Part shown: in pieces, positions 28,473 to 37,879 of the stretch
Numbering within the stretch: position 1 is the first letter of the stretch
Layout: each line of letters begins with the position of its first letter
NCBI GenBank assembly: GCA_965279515.1
Contig: CBDIID010000003.1
Location: 3,232,001 to 3,296,000, forward strand
Length of the DNA: 64,000 bases
Reading direction: 5' to 3'
Source: Turneriella sp.
Lineage (GTDB): Bacteria; Spirochaetota; Leptospiria; Turneriellales; Turneriellaceae
Notes under the pieces: model-generated
What the model saw: the letters and a program-made list of their open reading frames with translations, nothing else
Told to the model about the DNA's origin: nothing
The model's database searches: none
Translations under genes and position numbers: made by a program

Positions 28473-29855
28473 ATGTTTCGCTGGTTTCTTGTGGCCTTGT
28501 TGTGCGGCGCCTGTTTTTTTCAGTGCCGCAGTTGGGGTAAATTCTGGCTCACCGGAGTCTCTTATCCGCAAAGCACGCTGTTGCTGACCCAGCAGGTCAC
28601 CATGAGCCCGGTAACACCGTCGCTTCCGGGCGTCAGCAGTTCGTGCTCCAGCGCACCGGCACTGCCAGAAGGCCTGTCTTTGGCGGCAGATTGCACGGTA
28701 TCGGGCACTCCGACGCGCGGGCAGGGAACTCTTACTTACCAGATCACAGCGAACATCGGTACAGATACGCTTTCTGTGGATCTCGGCATCCGGGTCTTTT
28801 TTCAGCCGCGGTTTGTCTATGCGGCGAATGTTGCAGACTCGAATGTGACCGCGTTTACGGTCAATGCATCGACGGGCGCGCTGTCGCTGCTGGCCAGTTA
28901 TGGGACTGGTACCGGCGCCCGTTTTGTTCTGCGCGACATGTCGGGTAAGTTTCTTTATGTTGCAAACCGTACTGCCCCGAGCATTTCGGGGCATCTAATC
29001 AACCAGAGCACAGGCGCCCTGACGCCGATCAGCGGTTCTCCTTTTACCGTGAGCAATTTACCGTATTCTCTCGCGACAGACCCCGAGGGGAAATTTTTGT
29101 TCGTCGGGCATGAAGATACTGCCGTCGCCGGAGTTTCCGCATTTGCCATCAACAGCACCACGGGGGTGATAACGCAAGTCAGTGGTTCGCCTTTTGCCGC
29201 AGCCGCGGGTGCATCGCCCGTCGCGGTGCAGGTTTCGCCCGATGGCAAATATCTCTACGCGGGTTCAAGCCAGAGTTCGCCGAATCCCAACACTTTTGCT
29301 TATGCAATCAACAGGCAGACGGGAGCTTTAACACAGCTGAGCGGCTCGCCGTTTGGCATGCTGCAGAACGGCATCTCGGTTTTTGCGCATCCCTCGGGAA
29401 ATTACGTCTATTATGCCCAATACTCCTCAAACAATGTGGTCGGATATTCCCGTGACACAATAACCGGAGCCCTCACATTGATGGCCAGTTCCTCTTATGC
29501 AGCAGGTCTTGCCCCAGGTTTCGTTTCGGGCGATATCAACGGCCGTTTTATCTTTGTAGCCAATAGCGGCGACGTGGTTGGCACATCGGGTGCTCACGGA
29601 TTTACCGTGGGGGCCAACGGTGCCCTGACTGCGATTCCCGGCTCGCCATTCACCACGGGGAAAAATCCGATCGGCATCGCCTTCGACGAGACCAGCCGTT
29701 TTGTCTACATTGTTGGTTCGGGCGAAACGAACCCGACTCCCGATCCGGTTTATGCGTACCAGCTCAACCAGCAGACTGGCGCCATCTCGCTTATCGGCAC
29801 CTATAACGCCGGCGTCGATACGACGGGTGTTGCCATAGCGGGCAGCAATCCCTGA
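28473..29855 (+). CDS. Lipoprotein with an Ig-like (He_PIG) domain and a lactonase-like beta-propeller
   Basis: FFQC lipobox; PALPEGLSL....VSGTPT Ig motif; repeated G.FLYVAN...G.LT.I.GSPF blades. Paralog of 20884-22227. Confidence 0.85.
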   Translation: MFRWFLVALLCGACFFQCRSWGKFWLTGVSYPQSTLLLTQQVTMSPVTPSLPGVSSSCSSAPALPEGLSLAADCTVSGTPTRGQGTLTYQITANIGTDTLSVDLGIRVFFQPRFVYAANVADSNVTAFTVNASTGALSLLASYGTGTGARFVLRDMSGKFLYVANRTAPSISGHLINQSTGALTPISGSPFTVSNLPYSLATDPEGKFLFVGHEDTAVAGVSAFAINSTTGVITQVSGSPFAAAAGASPVAVQVSPDGKYLYAGSSQSSPNPNTFAYAINRQTGALTQLSGSPFGMLQNGISVFAHPSGNYVYYAQYSSNNVVGYSRDTITGALTLMASSSYAAGLAPGFVSGDINGRFIFVANSGDVVGTSGAHGFTVGANGALTAIPGSPFTTGKNPIGIAFDETSRFVYIVGSGETNPTPDPVYAYQLNQQTGAISLIGTYNAGVDTTGVAIAGSNP

Positions 29856-29902
29856 TCTTTGAATCCGCTCGTCGCGCGGTGATACCTGCCGGATGCGGCG
29901 GC

Positions 29903-30592
29903 ATGCAAGAAGATATCATCAAGCACATGAAAAGAGCGGTGGCGGTGATGAACGATCCGAATTCTTCGTTCTGGAAAAGGTGCCGCGAGATTTTACTGGA
30001 AGTGGTAATCATCATTTTTGCCGTCAGCGTATCCATCTCCTTCCATATTTGGAATACAAATAAGCAGCAACATGCAGAAGTGCGGGAATTCCTCACTGAC
30101 TTGAAACAAGACTTGCTTAAAGATAAAAATAACCTTATTGAAGAAAAGAAAATCCTGGATCGCGCGATGCTGGCGATTGCCGATATGAAATCGCTGACGG
30201 CTGCTAAATTGACTAACGTGAAAGCACTAAACCTGACCGTCCATCTTATCAACCGTAAAACGTTCAGCGGGAACTATGATGGTTTTAAATCGAGTGGGAA
30301 GATCGGCTACATCCGCAACAAAGGACTCAAGAACGCGATATTATCCTATTATCAGGAGAGTATGCCTTCGCTCGATCAGATAGAGCAGTTTAGAAACAAG
30401 CAGGGGTTGGAAATCATCGAGCTCGTGGGCGAATCTAATTTGCAGGCCAATCAGCTAACGACACCGCGTATCCGCACAAAACTCGGTTTCGTGGAGCAGG
30501 CGACGTCTTCGCTCATTGAAGCTTATTCAGGCTGTCTAACTCAGGCCGATCTGATTATTGCCCAGATTGATAAGGAACTCACAAATAGTTGA
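29903..30592 (+). CDS. Hypothetical protein with one N-terminal TM and a helical body
   Basis: EILLEVVIIIFAVSVSI..H.W and KSSGKIGYI..K.LK..IL.YYQ resemble a Bacteroidota-type uncharacterised family; start placed at ATG 29903. Confidence 0.65.
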   Translation: MQEDIIKHMKRAVAVMNDPNSSFWKRCREILLEVVIIIFAVSVSISFHIWNTNKQQHAEVREFLTDLKQDLLKDKNNLIEEKKILDRAMLAIADMKSLTAAKLTNVKALNLTVHLINRKTFSGNYDGFKSSGKIGYIRNKGLKNAILSYYQESMPSLDQIEQFRNKQGLEIIELVGESNLQANQLTTPRIRTKLGFVEQATSSLIEAYSGCLTQADLIIAQIDKELTNS

Positions 30593-30631
30593 AGTATTTG
30601 TGGACCTAAGCAGCCGGCAGCGATCCCTGAT

Positions 30632-31810
30632 TTAAGGGTAGGGATTGCTCCATTTCGGATCGATGTATACGTTGCTGCCTGCAAGAGTTTTTAAAAAGGC
30701 AATAAGAGCATTTTTTTCTGCCGTAGCCATATTCAGGTTTTGGCCCGAACCCGCAGGTTTCAGGCGGTTATCGAGAAACACATTATTGACAGCGCTGATG
30801 CTATTGTAGTGTTCAATCATTGTCAACAGCGTCGTTCGCGAACCATCATGCATTAGAGGCCCATTCAAATTTCCGTCGGTTTTTACCAGGTCACGCAGCG
30901 AAGGCGAGCGTGTGTTCGTCAGGTCTACGCTACCATTGAAAGAACCTGTAATACCATTGTTCGCCGAATTCGCATCAATATCGAATTCGGGTGCGCGGTG
31001 GCAACCACCGCAGCCCAAACCACCACCGACGCGTGATGAGCCACTGAAGACAGGAGCCTGAAGGAACAAAGTTTTACCGAGATTTTCTTCCGTAGTGAAA
31101 TTCGCAAAATCCCTGTTGTTGTTCTGAGCTGATGCACGGCCGGTATCGTACTTGGCGTCAAACGAGCTAATGCTGCGTACGAACTGCGCCAGCGCTAACT
31201 GCATTTTATTCTCGGTAATCTCTTCATTGCCATAGACGAACTTGAATAGCTCGCGGTAATAGCCGATCGAAGAAAGTTTGGCGATCACTGCGTTAAAATC
31301 CCCATCTCCGTTAGCGCCGCTGAACCCCATTTCTGTGTGGTTACGTATGGGCATTGTCGATTGCGCTTCGAGGGTTGCGGCGCGCTCATCCCAAAAAAAT
31401 TTCGCCTCCTGTCCAAAACCTGCATTCACCAGCCGTGGAGTGTGCCTGCCCGTTGTGCCATGGACTCCGGTGCTAGCCACCGCCGTGTCTCCGAATGCAT
31501 TTGCCTGTTGATGACAGCTTGCGCACGAGATGGCATTGTTGGACGATAGATTTTGGTCATAGAACAACACCCGCCCCAGCGTCGCACCTGCGTTGGTGAT
31601 CGGGTTGTTAGTGCTATTGGATTTCGTAATATACGCAGGTATTTTCTGTGCCGCATAGTTTGCCAGTGAATTCAAGTTGATTTTTCCTGAAAAGGCGGCT
31701 TCGGTGTATGGATAGGATTGTGTCGAATCCAGAGGAATATTGCCGATGCAGTTTGTCGCCGTCAGCAGCAGGGTTAAAAAAGACAATGTCGCAAGGCTTG
31801 TTATTTTCAT
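30632..31810 (-). CDS. Di-heme cytochrome c peroxidase (CCP/MauG family)
   Basis: LGRVLFYD..LS, CASCH, FFWDERA..LE.Q, CGGCH, PSLR and MHDG. Confidence 0.92.
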   Translation of the reverse strand: MKITSLATLSFLTLLLTATNCIGNIPLDSTQSYPYTEAAFSGKINLNSLANYAAQKIPAYITKSNSTNNPITNAGATLGRVLFYDQNLSSNNAISCASCHQQANAFGDTAVASTGVHGTTGRHTPRLVNAGFGQEAKFFWDERAATLEAQSTMPIRNHTEMGFSGANGDGDFNAVIAKLSSIGYYRELFKFVYGNEEITENKMQLALAQFVRSISSFDAKYDTGRASAQNNNRDFANFTTEENLGKTLFLQAPVFSGSSRVGGGLGCGGCHRAPEFDIDANSANNGITGSFNGSVDLTNTRSPSLRDLVKTDGNLNGPLMHDGSRTTLLTMIEHYNSISAVNNVFLDNRLKPAGSGQNLNMATAEKNALIAFLKTLAGSNVYIDPKWSNPYP

Positions 31811-31944
31811 GGCTTTGCTATGCAGAGTAGTCAAAGCTCCTGACCGGACACGGCATTTCCCGGATGGCAGGGAAGCTCACAACGCAGCCAGCGCTCGCAT
31901 TCTCATTCCGCTTTTCGCCCTGTCTCACCCACCTCCCCTGACGT

Positions 31945-33888
31945 GTGGAACTGACCCGCACCGCGCAGGATAACTTCCAGTATTCGAAACACTACGACGC
32001 GATCATCGTCGGCGCCGGCCATGCGGGCTGTGACGCCGCGCACATCACGGCGAAGGCGGGCCTCAAAACACTGCTCGTGACCATGTCGCTCGACACTATC
32101 GGGCAGATGAGTTGCAACCCCTCGATCGGCGGTGTCGCAAAAGGCCACATGGTGCGCGAGGTCGACGCGTTGGGCGGCCTCATGGGGCTTGCGACCGACC
32201 GCACCGGCATACACTACAAGATGCTCAACCGCAGCAAAGGCCCGGCCGTCTGGGGGCCGCGCGCGCAGGCTGACAAGAAGCTCTATCAGAACGAAGTCAA
32301 ATTCATTCTCGAATCGACGCCCAACCTCGATATTCTGCAAGACAGCATTGTTGATCTGCTGATAGATGAATCAGCGGGATTTAAAAAGGTTACGGGTATT
32401 TTAACCCAGCGCCGGCTCGAGATTCTCTCGCCGGCGGTTGTCATCACCACAGGTACTTTTCTGCGCGGCCTCATCCACGTTGGTGATTTTCAGACCGCTG
32501 CGGGCCGCTACGGCGACAAAAGCTCGCAAGAACTTTCTCCCTCTTTAAACAGAATCGGTTTTGAACTCGGCCGCCTTAAGACCGGCACGCCGCCCCGTAT
32601 CCATGGCGAGACCATCGACTACGCGGCGATGCAGACGCAGGAACCCGACGAGGTGCCGCAGCCTTTCAGTTTCTCATTTGAATACAAAAAAGAAAAACTC
32701 TGGCAGCGGCAGATTAACTGTTACCTCACCTATACATCCGCCGAGACGCATAATGTGATTCGTGGTGCGCTCGACCGCTCGCCGCTTTACTCGGGGAAAA
32801 TCAAATCGATCGGCCCGCGCTACTGTCCTTCCATCGAAGACAAGGTCGTGCGTTTCGCTGAAAAGGAACGCCACCAGATTTTTCTCGAACCCGAGGGTCT
32901 GCGCACGCATGAAGTCTATGTCAACGGCATCTCGACGAGCTTGCCCGAAGACGTGCAGTGGAAGATTCTGCGTTCCATCAAAGGCTTGGAAAACGCGCAG
33001 ATGATGCGCCCGGGTTATGCGGTCGAATACGACTTCATTCAACCCACCGAACTTTACCCGACGCTCGAAACCAAAAAAGTGAAGGGGCTCTATCTCGCGG
33101 GCCAGATCAATGGCACCACGGGTTATGAAGAAGCTGCGGCGCAGGGCCTCATCGCCGGTTACAACATTATCTACCGCGCACAAGGCCGCGGCGAATTTAT
33201 CCTCAAGCGCGACGAAGCCTACATCGGTGTGTTGATCGACGATCTCGTCAACAAGGGCGTTGACGAGCCGTACCGCATGTTCACTTCGCGCGCCGAGCAC
33301 CGCCTCACTCTGCGGCAAGACAATGCGGATTTCCGCCTGATGCGCTTTGCGGCCGAACTGGGCATCGACGGCGGGCTGATGGCTGAGTGTGAAGAGAAAT
33401 ACACACGCTACGGCACTTATAAGGAAGCAATCCACAAGAAAAAGATCAGCGTGCCGTTGATTGAAAGCCTCGAAACGCAGGGCGTCAGCGTGCAGAAGGG
33501 CTCGGCGTATGAGTCTCTGCTGCGGCGCCCGCAACTTTCAGAAGAGGCCATCCGCCTGGTTTTTGCCGATCTGCGCGAAAACGTGCCGGCCTTGCAGCCG
33601 GTGACTGCTGAAGAAGAATTCAAGATCGCGATGGAAGTCAAGTACGACGGCTACAATGAGCGCGAAGCGAACCGCATGGGCCGCCGTGTCGACGCCGAAG
33701 ACAGGCCGATTCCCGAAGATTTTGATTACGATGTGCTCGACAGCGTCAAGTTTGAAGCGCGCGCCAAGTTAAAGAAGATACGCCCACGCACGCTGGGGCA
33801 GGCCGCGCGCATCAGCGGCGTTGATCCCAGCGATATTGATATTCTGCTGATCACCCTCGAAAACCAGCGCCGTGCGAAAGCCGGCTGA
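31945..33888 (+). CDS. mnmG: tRNA uridine-5-carboxymethylaminomethyl modification enzyme
   Basis: [52 protein letters not shown] and [11 protein letters not shown]. Confidence 0.98.
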   Translation: MELTRTAQDNFQYSKHYDAIIVGAGHAGCDAAHITAKAGLKTLLVTMSLDTIGQMSCNPSIGGVAKGHMVREVDALGGLMGLATDRTGIHYKMLNRSKGPAVWGPRAQADKKLYQNEVKFILESTPNLDILQDSIVDLLIDESAGFKKVTGILTQRRLEILSPAVVITTGTFLRGLIHVGDFQTAAGRYGDKSSQELSPSLNRIGFELGRLKTGTPPRIHGETIDYAAMQTQEPDEVPQPFSFSFEYKKEKLWQRQINCYLTYTSAETHNVIRGALDRSPLYSGKIKSIGPRYCPSIEDKVVRFAEKERHQIFLEPEGLRTHEVYVNGISTSLPEDVQWKILRSIKGLENAQMMRPGYAVEYDFIQPTELYPTLETKKVKGLYLAGQINGTTGYEEAAAQGLIAGYNIIYRAQGRGEFILKRDEAYIGVLIDDLVNKGVDEPYRMFTSRAEHRLTLRQDNADFRLMRFAAELGIDGGLMAECEEKYTRYGTYKEAIHKKKISVPLIESLETQGVSVQKGSAYESLLRRPQLSEEAIRLVFADLRENVPALQPVTAEEEFKIAMEVKYDGYNEREANRMGRRVDAEDRPIPEDFDYDVLDSVKFEARAKLKKIRPRTLGQAARISGVDPSDIDILLITLENQRRAKAG

Positions 33889-33906
33889 TTTTCAATCACC
33901 GGGATA

Positions 33907-34239
33907 TTACTTCTCGGCCTGTTTTTTACGTCTGGAAAGTTTTGCCGATAATCCCGTAAGCTCGAAGATTGGAAGAATCGCGGGCGGTATGTTTAAGACA
34001 CGAAAAGATAAGCTGCGTGCCGCCGTCTGATTCAGGGTCTGTGCAATCAGGCCAAGCCCCGCGGAATCGATTTGTGTGACTTTTTCCAGATCGAGAACCA
34101 TTTCTTTCAGATCTGCCGTCAGCCACGGCTTTAGCTCGCTCTTAAACTGTATTGCGCCGCTGAACACCAGGGCTCCTTCAGCATAGATCGTGAGGATGCC
34201 GTCATGCATGATCGTGGTTAGTTTGAGTTTTTCACCCAT
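33907..34239 (-). CDS. STAS-domain anti-sigma-factor antagonist
   Basis: LDLEKVTQIDSAGLG and IFELTGL; start placed at ATG 34239. Confidence 0.88.
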   Translation of the reverse strand: MGEKLKLTTIMHDGILTIYAEGALVFSGAIQFKSELKPWLTADLKEMVLDLEKVTQIDSAGLGLIAQTLNQTAARSLSFRVLNIPPAILPIFELTGLSAKLSRRKKQAEK

Positions 34240-34314
34240 GAGCGATTGGGTCGAAAACCTCCATGCCCTTACAGATGCACAGCGAAAAAAAATCCGGCGC
34301 ACTCAGGGGCGGGA

Positions 34315-34339
34315 ATACCCCCTGTTCAGGGGGTATAAT
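34315..34339 (+). promoter_or_regulatory. Perfect 10-bp palindrome overlapping a TATAAT -10 box
   Basis: ATACCCCCTG-TT-CAGGGGGTAT (34315-34336); TATAAT at 34334-34339. Confidence 0.55.
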
Positions 34340-34381
34340 AACAATGGAAAGACTTTGCAGGGGAGAAATTATTCGGCACAC

Positions 34382-35659
34382 ATGCCGATGTCGGTCATTC
34401 TGCGCAATTTTTGGCTAGGCGTCTGGCTCGTATCGCCTCTCATCGCCCAGGTGCCCGCAGAACCCCCGACTGTTGCATCCCGGGGTACAGTCCAGCGCAA
34501 GGTGCTTATCTTCGATTTTGAGAACCAGACTGGAAAAATCGAGTTTGATTATCTCGCGGGTAGCATCTCAGACGCACTGGCCGACGCGATCAAGAAGACC
34601 GGAAAATTCCGCATCATGCTGCGTGAAGACGCGCGCATAAACTCGGTTGCGGATTCGCAGAGACCGCAGACGGCAGCTACGCCGCCTGAGACTCCGTCGA
34701 CCCATGCAACTTCGGCGGCACCACCTGTTTCGGCAATGCCTGCCGCGGGCGCGGAAAATAAGGGGGCTGCGAACACGGTGTTGATCATGAACGTCAAAGT
34801 CGCGCGCAAAGAAGCGCTCAGGCGTGGCCGTGAAGCCGGTGCGGATGTCGTGGTCTTGGGAAAATTTTCTGAACTCAATGGCGTGCTTTTGATGAGCGCG
34901 CAGGCTTTTGAAGCCGATACGAGGCAGCTCAAAGTTTCTGAAGAGGTACTCACCAAATCAGACAGCGACATGTTCAACGGTATCAATATTCTTGCGAACA
35001 AGATTGCCGAATCGATGGCGCGCGAATTACCGATGTTCGACGCCGCTGAGGCCGAACGGCGCAGAGCGCTTGCCGAGGGCATCAAGGCCGAAGTGCGCGA
35101 TTGGGAAATCCAACTTTTTGCAGGCTTTCCACTCTTGCACCCGCTTTACAGCAGCGACGGTACGATCACGTATTCAAAGGGCATACCGGTACAGAAGCTG
35201 ACGGGCTATTCCCTCGGAGCGACATTCTGGGACAGCATGTTGGTGCGCAAATTCAGTTTTATGCCGAGGGGCGCCCGCCTGGGGTTGCAGAGCAAGTTGA
35301 CGCTCCTCAGCGGGCAGGCCGATATCGTCGGCGCCAACGCCGTCGTGCTCACGCAGGGAGCTGCGCTCAGCGGTGTTTTTGTTTCGAACCACCTGATGTT
35401 CGGTGTTCCCTACTGGCAGTGGGAGCGCTTCATCGCGTTCGCCGAGGTGGGCGGCGGCGCCGTTTACACGCGGCTTACGACGACCGATAGCACGATTTTC
35501 TCCAGTTGGCAACCGAGCGCCGTGCTCGGTACGTCGGGTGCGTATCATTTTTCGTACTGGAGTCTGGGCTTGAGTTACCGGGCGCAGTTCACGATGTTTG
35601 CCCAAAACCAGGTGTTCATGCAGCACGATCTTTGGCTTTATGCGGGGGTGAGGTTGTGA
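34382..35659 (+). CDS. TolB-N/CsgG/FlgO-like domain fused to a predicted C-terminal beta-barrel
   Basis: Signal peptide; KVLIFDFENQTG..EFDYLAGSISDAL and GADVVVLGKF; the C-terminus ends LWLYAGVRL. Confidence 0.65.
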   Translation: MPMSVILRNFWLGVWLVSPLIAQVPAEPPTVASRGTVQRKVLIFDFENQTGKIEFDYLAGSISDALADAIKKTGKFRIMLREDARINSVADSQRPQTAATPPETPSTHATSAAPPVSAMPAAGAENKGAANTVLIMNVKVARKEALRRGREAGADVVVLGKFSELNGVLLMSAQAFEADTRQLKVSEEVLTKSDSDMFNGINILANKIAESMARELPMFDAAEAERRRALAEGIKAEVRDWEIQLFAGFPLLHPLYSSDGTITYSKGIPVQKLTGYSLGATFWDSMLVRKFSFMPRGARLGLQSKLTLLSGQADIVGANAVVLTQGAALSGVFVSNHLMFGVPYWQWERFIAFAEVGGGAVYTRLTTTDSTIFSSWQPSAVLGTSGAYHFSYWSLGLSYRAQFTMFAQNQVFMQHDLWLYAGVRL

Positions 35660-36657
35660 GAAGCAAAGTCAGCACAATTTTTCTTGGGATGTTGTTCGCA
35701 TCCTGCATGGCGATCGATCAGAAAGATGCATTTCTCGATGCTGAGATTGCAAAGCGGCCGGTCATTCTATTCGCCGATGATTTTGAGAACGGGCTCGGTC
35801 AATGGAGCCAGGTTTCGGGCAGTTGGACAACCGGCACACCCGCCATAAATGGGGGCGCGCTGATAAGCCCGACCGGCGCCTCAGCCACACCCTATAATCT
35901 GACAACGACAAACGATATTGATCTGCGCGGTCGCGCGAACTGCGAGCTCAAGTATGATGTCAGATTCGATTTGAGCGCAACCTCGGGCGTTGCTGCACAA
36001 ATTCTCTATGCAGGAAATATTGTCGGTGAGTTTAAACAAACTTCTGGTACCGCGGCGATGTCGAGCGCATCACAGTTTCTGGCGCGCAAAGCAATCTTAA
36101 CTGCGGGGATAACCGGAAAATTGACAATTCTCATTCAGGTTCCGTCAGGGACATCCGATCTTCGAGTCGACAATGTCTCCGTGACTTGCAACAACGCACC
36201 GCCGACAAGCGTCACGCTTGCGTACGAGAACATGGGCTCAACTGCAAACTGGGTGCTCCAATCCGCATGGGCAGGTTCGGCCAGCGGCGGTTACTTAGGA
36301 ACTGCAAGCATACAGTTACCTTTTTCTGCCTATGCCGGCACCGGTGTAAGCGGAGGCACCCAGAATGCGTCGTTTCAACCGGCTCTGGGCTTTGCGAATC
36401 GATTCGCATGCGAGTTGAGCTATTATTATTCAATACAGGCGAACAACGCATCCAATTGTATGCTTCTGGAAATTAACGGCAGCAATATCTGGACTCTTTG
36501 CAATGTCACGCAAACGGGCAATATCTCGAGATATTTAACCGCATTCGAGGGAACATCGGCTAATACACTGCAGTTTCGCTGCAGGGACAGTGACCCCGGC
36601 AATTCGGTGAGCATTGGTTGCACCGTCGATGAGCTCAAGGTGACCTGCCAGGAGTGA
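35656..36657 (+). CDS. Lipoprotein with two tandem beta-sandwich domains
   Basis: GTG 35656 overlaps the upstream TGA; LFASC lipobox; internal duplication (RANCELKY...VDNVSVTC / RFACELSY...VDELKVTC). Confidence 0.75.
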   Translation: MRSKVSTIFLGMLFASCMAIDQKDAFLDAEIAKRPVILFADDFENGLGQWSQVSGSWTTGTPAINGGALISPTGASATPYNLTTTNDIDLRGRANCELKYDVRFDLSATSGVAAQILYAGNIVGEFKQTSGTAAMSSASQFLARKAILTAGITGKLTILIQVPSGTSDLRVDNVSVTCNNAPPTSVTLAYENMGSTANWVLQSAWAGSASGGYLGTASIQLPFSAYAGTGVSGGTQNASFQPALGFANRFACELSYYYSIQANNASNCMLLEINGSNIWTLCNVTQTGNISRYLTAFEGTSANTLQFRCRDSDPGNSVSIGCTVDELKVTCQE

Positions 36658-37098
36658 TCACACCTCGAGCCAGATCGTCACCGGCCCGTCATTGACGAGG
36701 CTCAACTGCATGTCGGCCGCGAACTTGCCTGTTTTGATTTCTTTGCCCAACAGCGTCCCGAGTTCTGCAACATACAGTTCATAGAGTGGGATTGCCACCT
36801 CAGGTTTCGCGGCGTTCATGAATGATGGCCTGTTTCCCTTTTGTGTATCAGCCATTAGCGTAAACTGTGAGACGACCAGCGCTTCGCCGTGGGTATCGGC
36901 GAGACTCAGGTTCATTTTACCTTCAGTATCATAGAAGATGCGCAGGGCTGCCGTCTTCTTCGCGAGCGTCGCGGCTTTTTCAGGCGAGTCTTCGTGACCG
37001 ACGCCGAGGAGAATCAGCAGCCCCGGGCCAATTTCGCTGAAACGTTTGTCGTCGATGTCCACCGCGGCGTGTTTGACGCGCTGAATCAGGGCAACCAT
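36658..37098 (-). CDS. dtd: D-aminoacyl-tRNA deacylase
   Basis: MVALIQRV, LRIF, VSQFTL, KGNRPSF and NDGPVT. Confidence 0.97.
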   Translation of the reverse strand: MVALIQRVKHAAVDIDDKRFSEIGPGLLILLGVGHEDSPEKAATLAKKTAALRIFYDTEGKMNLSLADTHGEALVVSQFTLMADTQKGNRPSFMNAAKPEVAIPLYELYVAELGTLLGKEIKTGKFAADMQLSLVNDGPVTIWLEV

Positions 37099-37108
37099 GG
37101 GTACGCAA

Positions 37109-37843
37109 ATGCAATCGCAGCCTGACGCCACAAGGGGATTTCCAGAGCCGCAGCCGCCGCTCGCCCCACCGCCGCGCTGGCGCGTGCTCTTTGAAGCGCA
37201 GGCAGCAGCTGAGCTCGCGAACCTCGGCCTCAGGTACCGCGAACTCACGCGCACCCGGGCTCAGTTCGCCTATCCGATAATTCTGTTTCCAGGTTTTGGC
37301 ACCAGCGAGCGTGCGCTTTCTTTTCTCAGCCGCTACCTCAAAACCATTGGCGCCACAGTGCATGACTGGGGTATCGGCCGCAACCATGGCTATGTGCCGG
37401 ACCTTTTGACACAGATGCTCGAACAGGTGCGCACGCTCTCACGGCAGCGTGGCACAAAGCTGCACCTGGTAGGCTGGAGCCTCGGCGGCTATATCGCGCG
37501 CGAAGTGGCGCGCGATTTACCCGAGTTGGTAGAGAAAGTTGTCACGCTGGGCACGCCGGTGATTGGCGGTCCTAAATACACGGCCATTGGCGAGATGTAC
37601 GCCCAATGGGGTTTCGATCTCGACGCCATGGAGCGTGATGTCAAAGCAAGGGAGATCAACCCGATTCAGAATGAAATCCTCGCGATTTATTCAAAGGCCG
37701 ACAACATTGTCAGCTGGCAGGCGTGCATCGATTCTGTATCGCCGCACGTGCGTCATATGGAAACAACGGGCTCGCATCTGGGGCTGGTCGTCAATGCGCA
37801 TGCGTATGAGCAGATCAGGGCATTTCTATCGGCCGCGGATTAA
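37109..37843 (+). CDS. Alpha/beta hydrolase (lipase/esterase, PGAP1-like)
   Basis: PGF oxyanion motif, GWSLGG nucleophile, D.IV and SHLGL; alternative start at 37097. Confidence 0.9.
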   Translation: MQSQPDATRGFPEPQPPLAPPPRWRVLFEAQAAAELANLGLRYRELTRTRAQFAYPIILFPGFGTSERALSFLSRYLKTIGATVHDWGIGRNHGYVPDLLTQMLEQVRTLSRQRGTKLHLVGWSLGGYIAREVARDLPELVEKVVTLGTPVIGGPKYTAIGEMYAQWGFDLDAMERDVKAREINPIQNEILAIYSKADNIVSWQACIDSVSPHVRHMETTGSHLGLVVNAHAYEQIRAFLSAAD

Positions 37844-37879
37844 CACGCATAGCAATGATTGCCAGCCCTGTGTTCGCTT

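Noticed and set aside
32674..33534. 286-aa minus-strand ORF
   Set aside because: Antisense to mnmG with no recognisable motifs.
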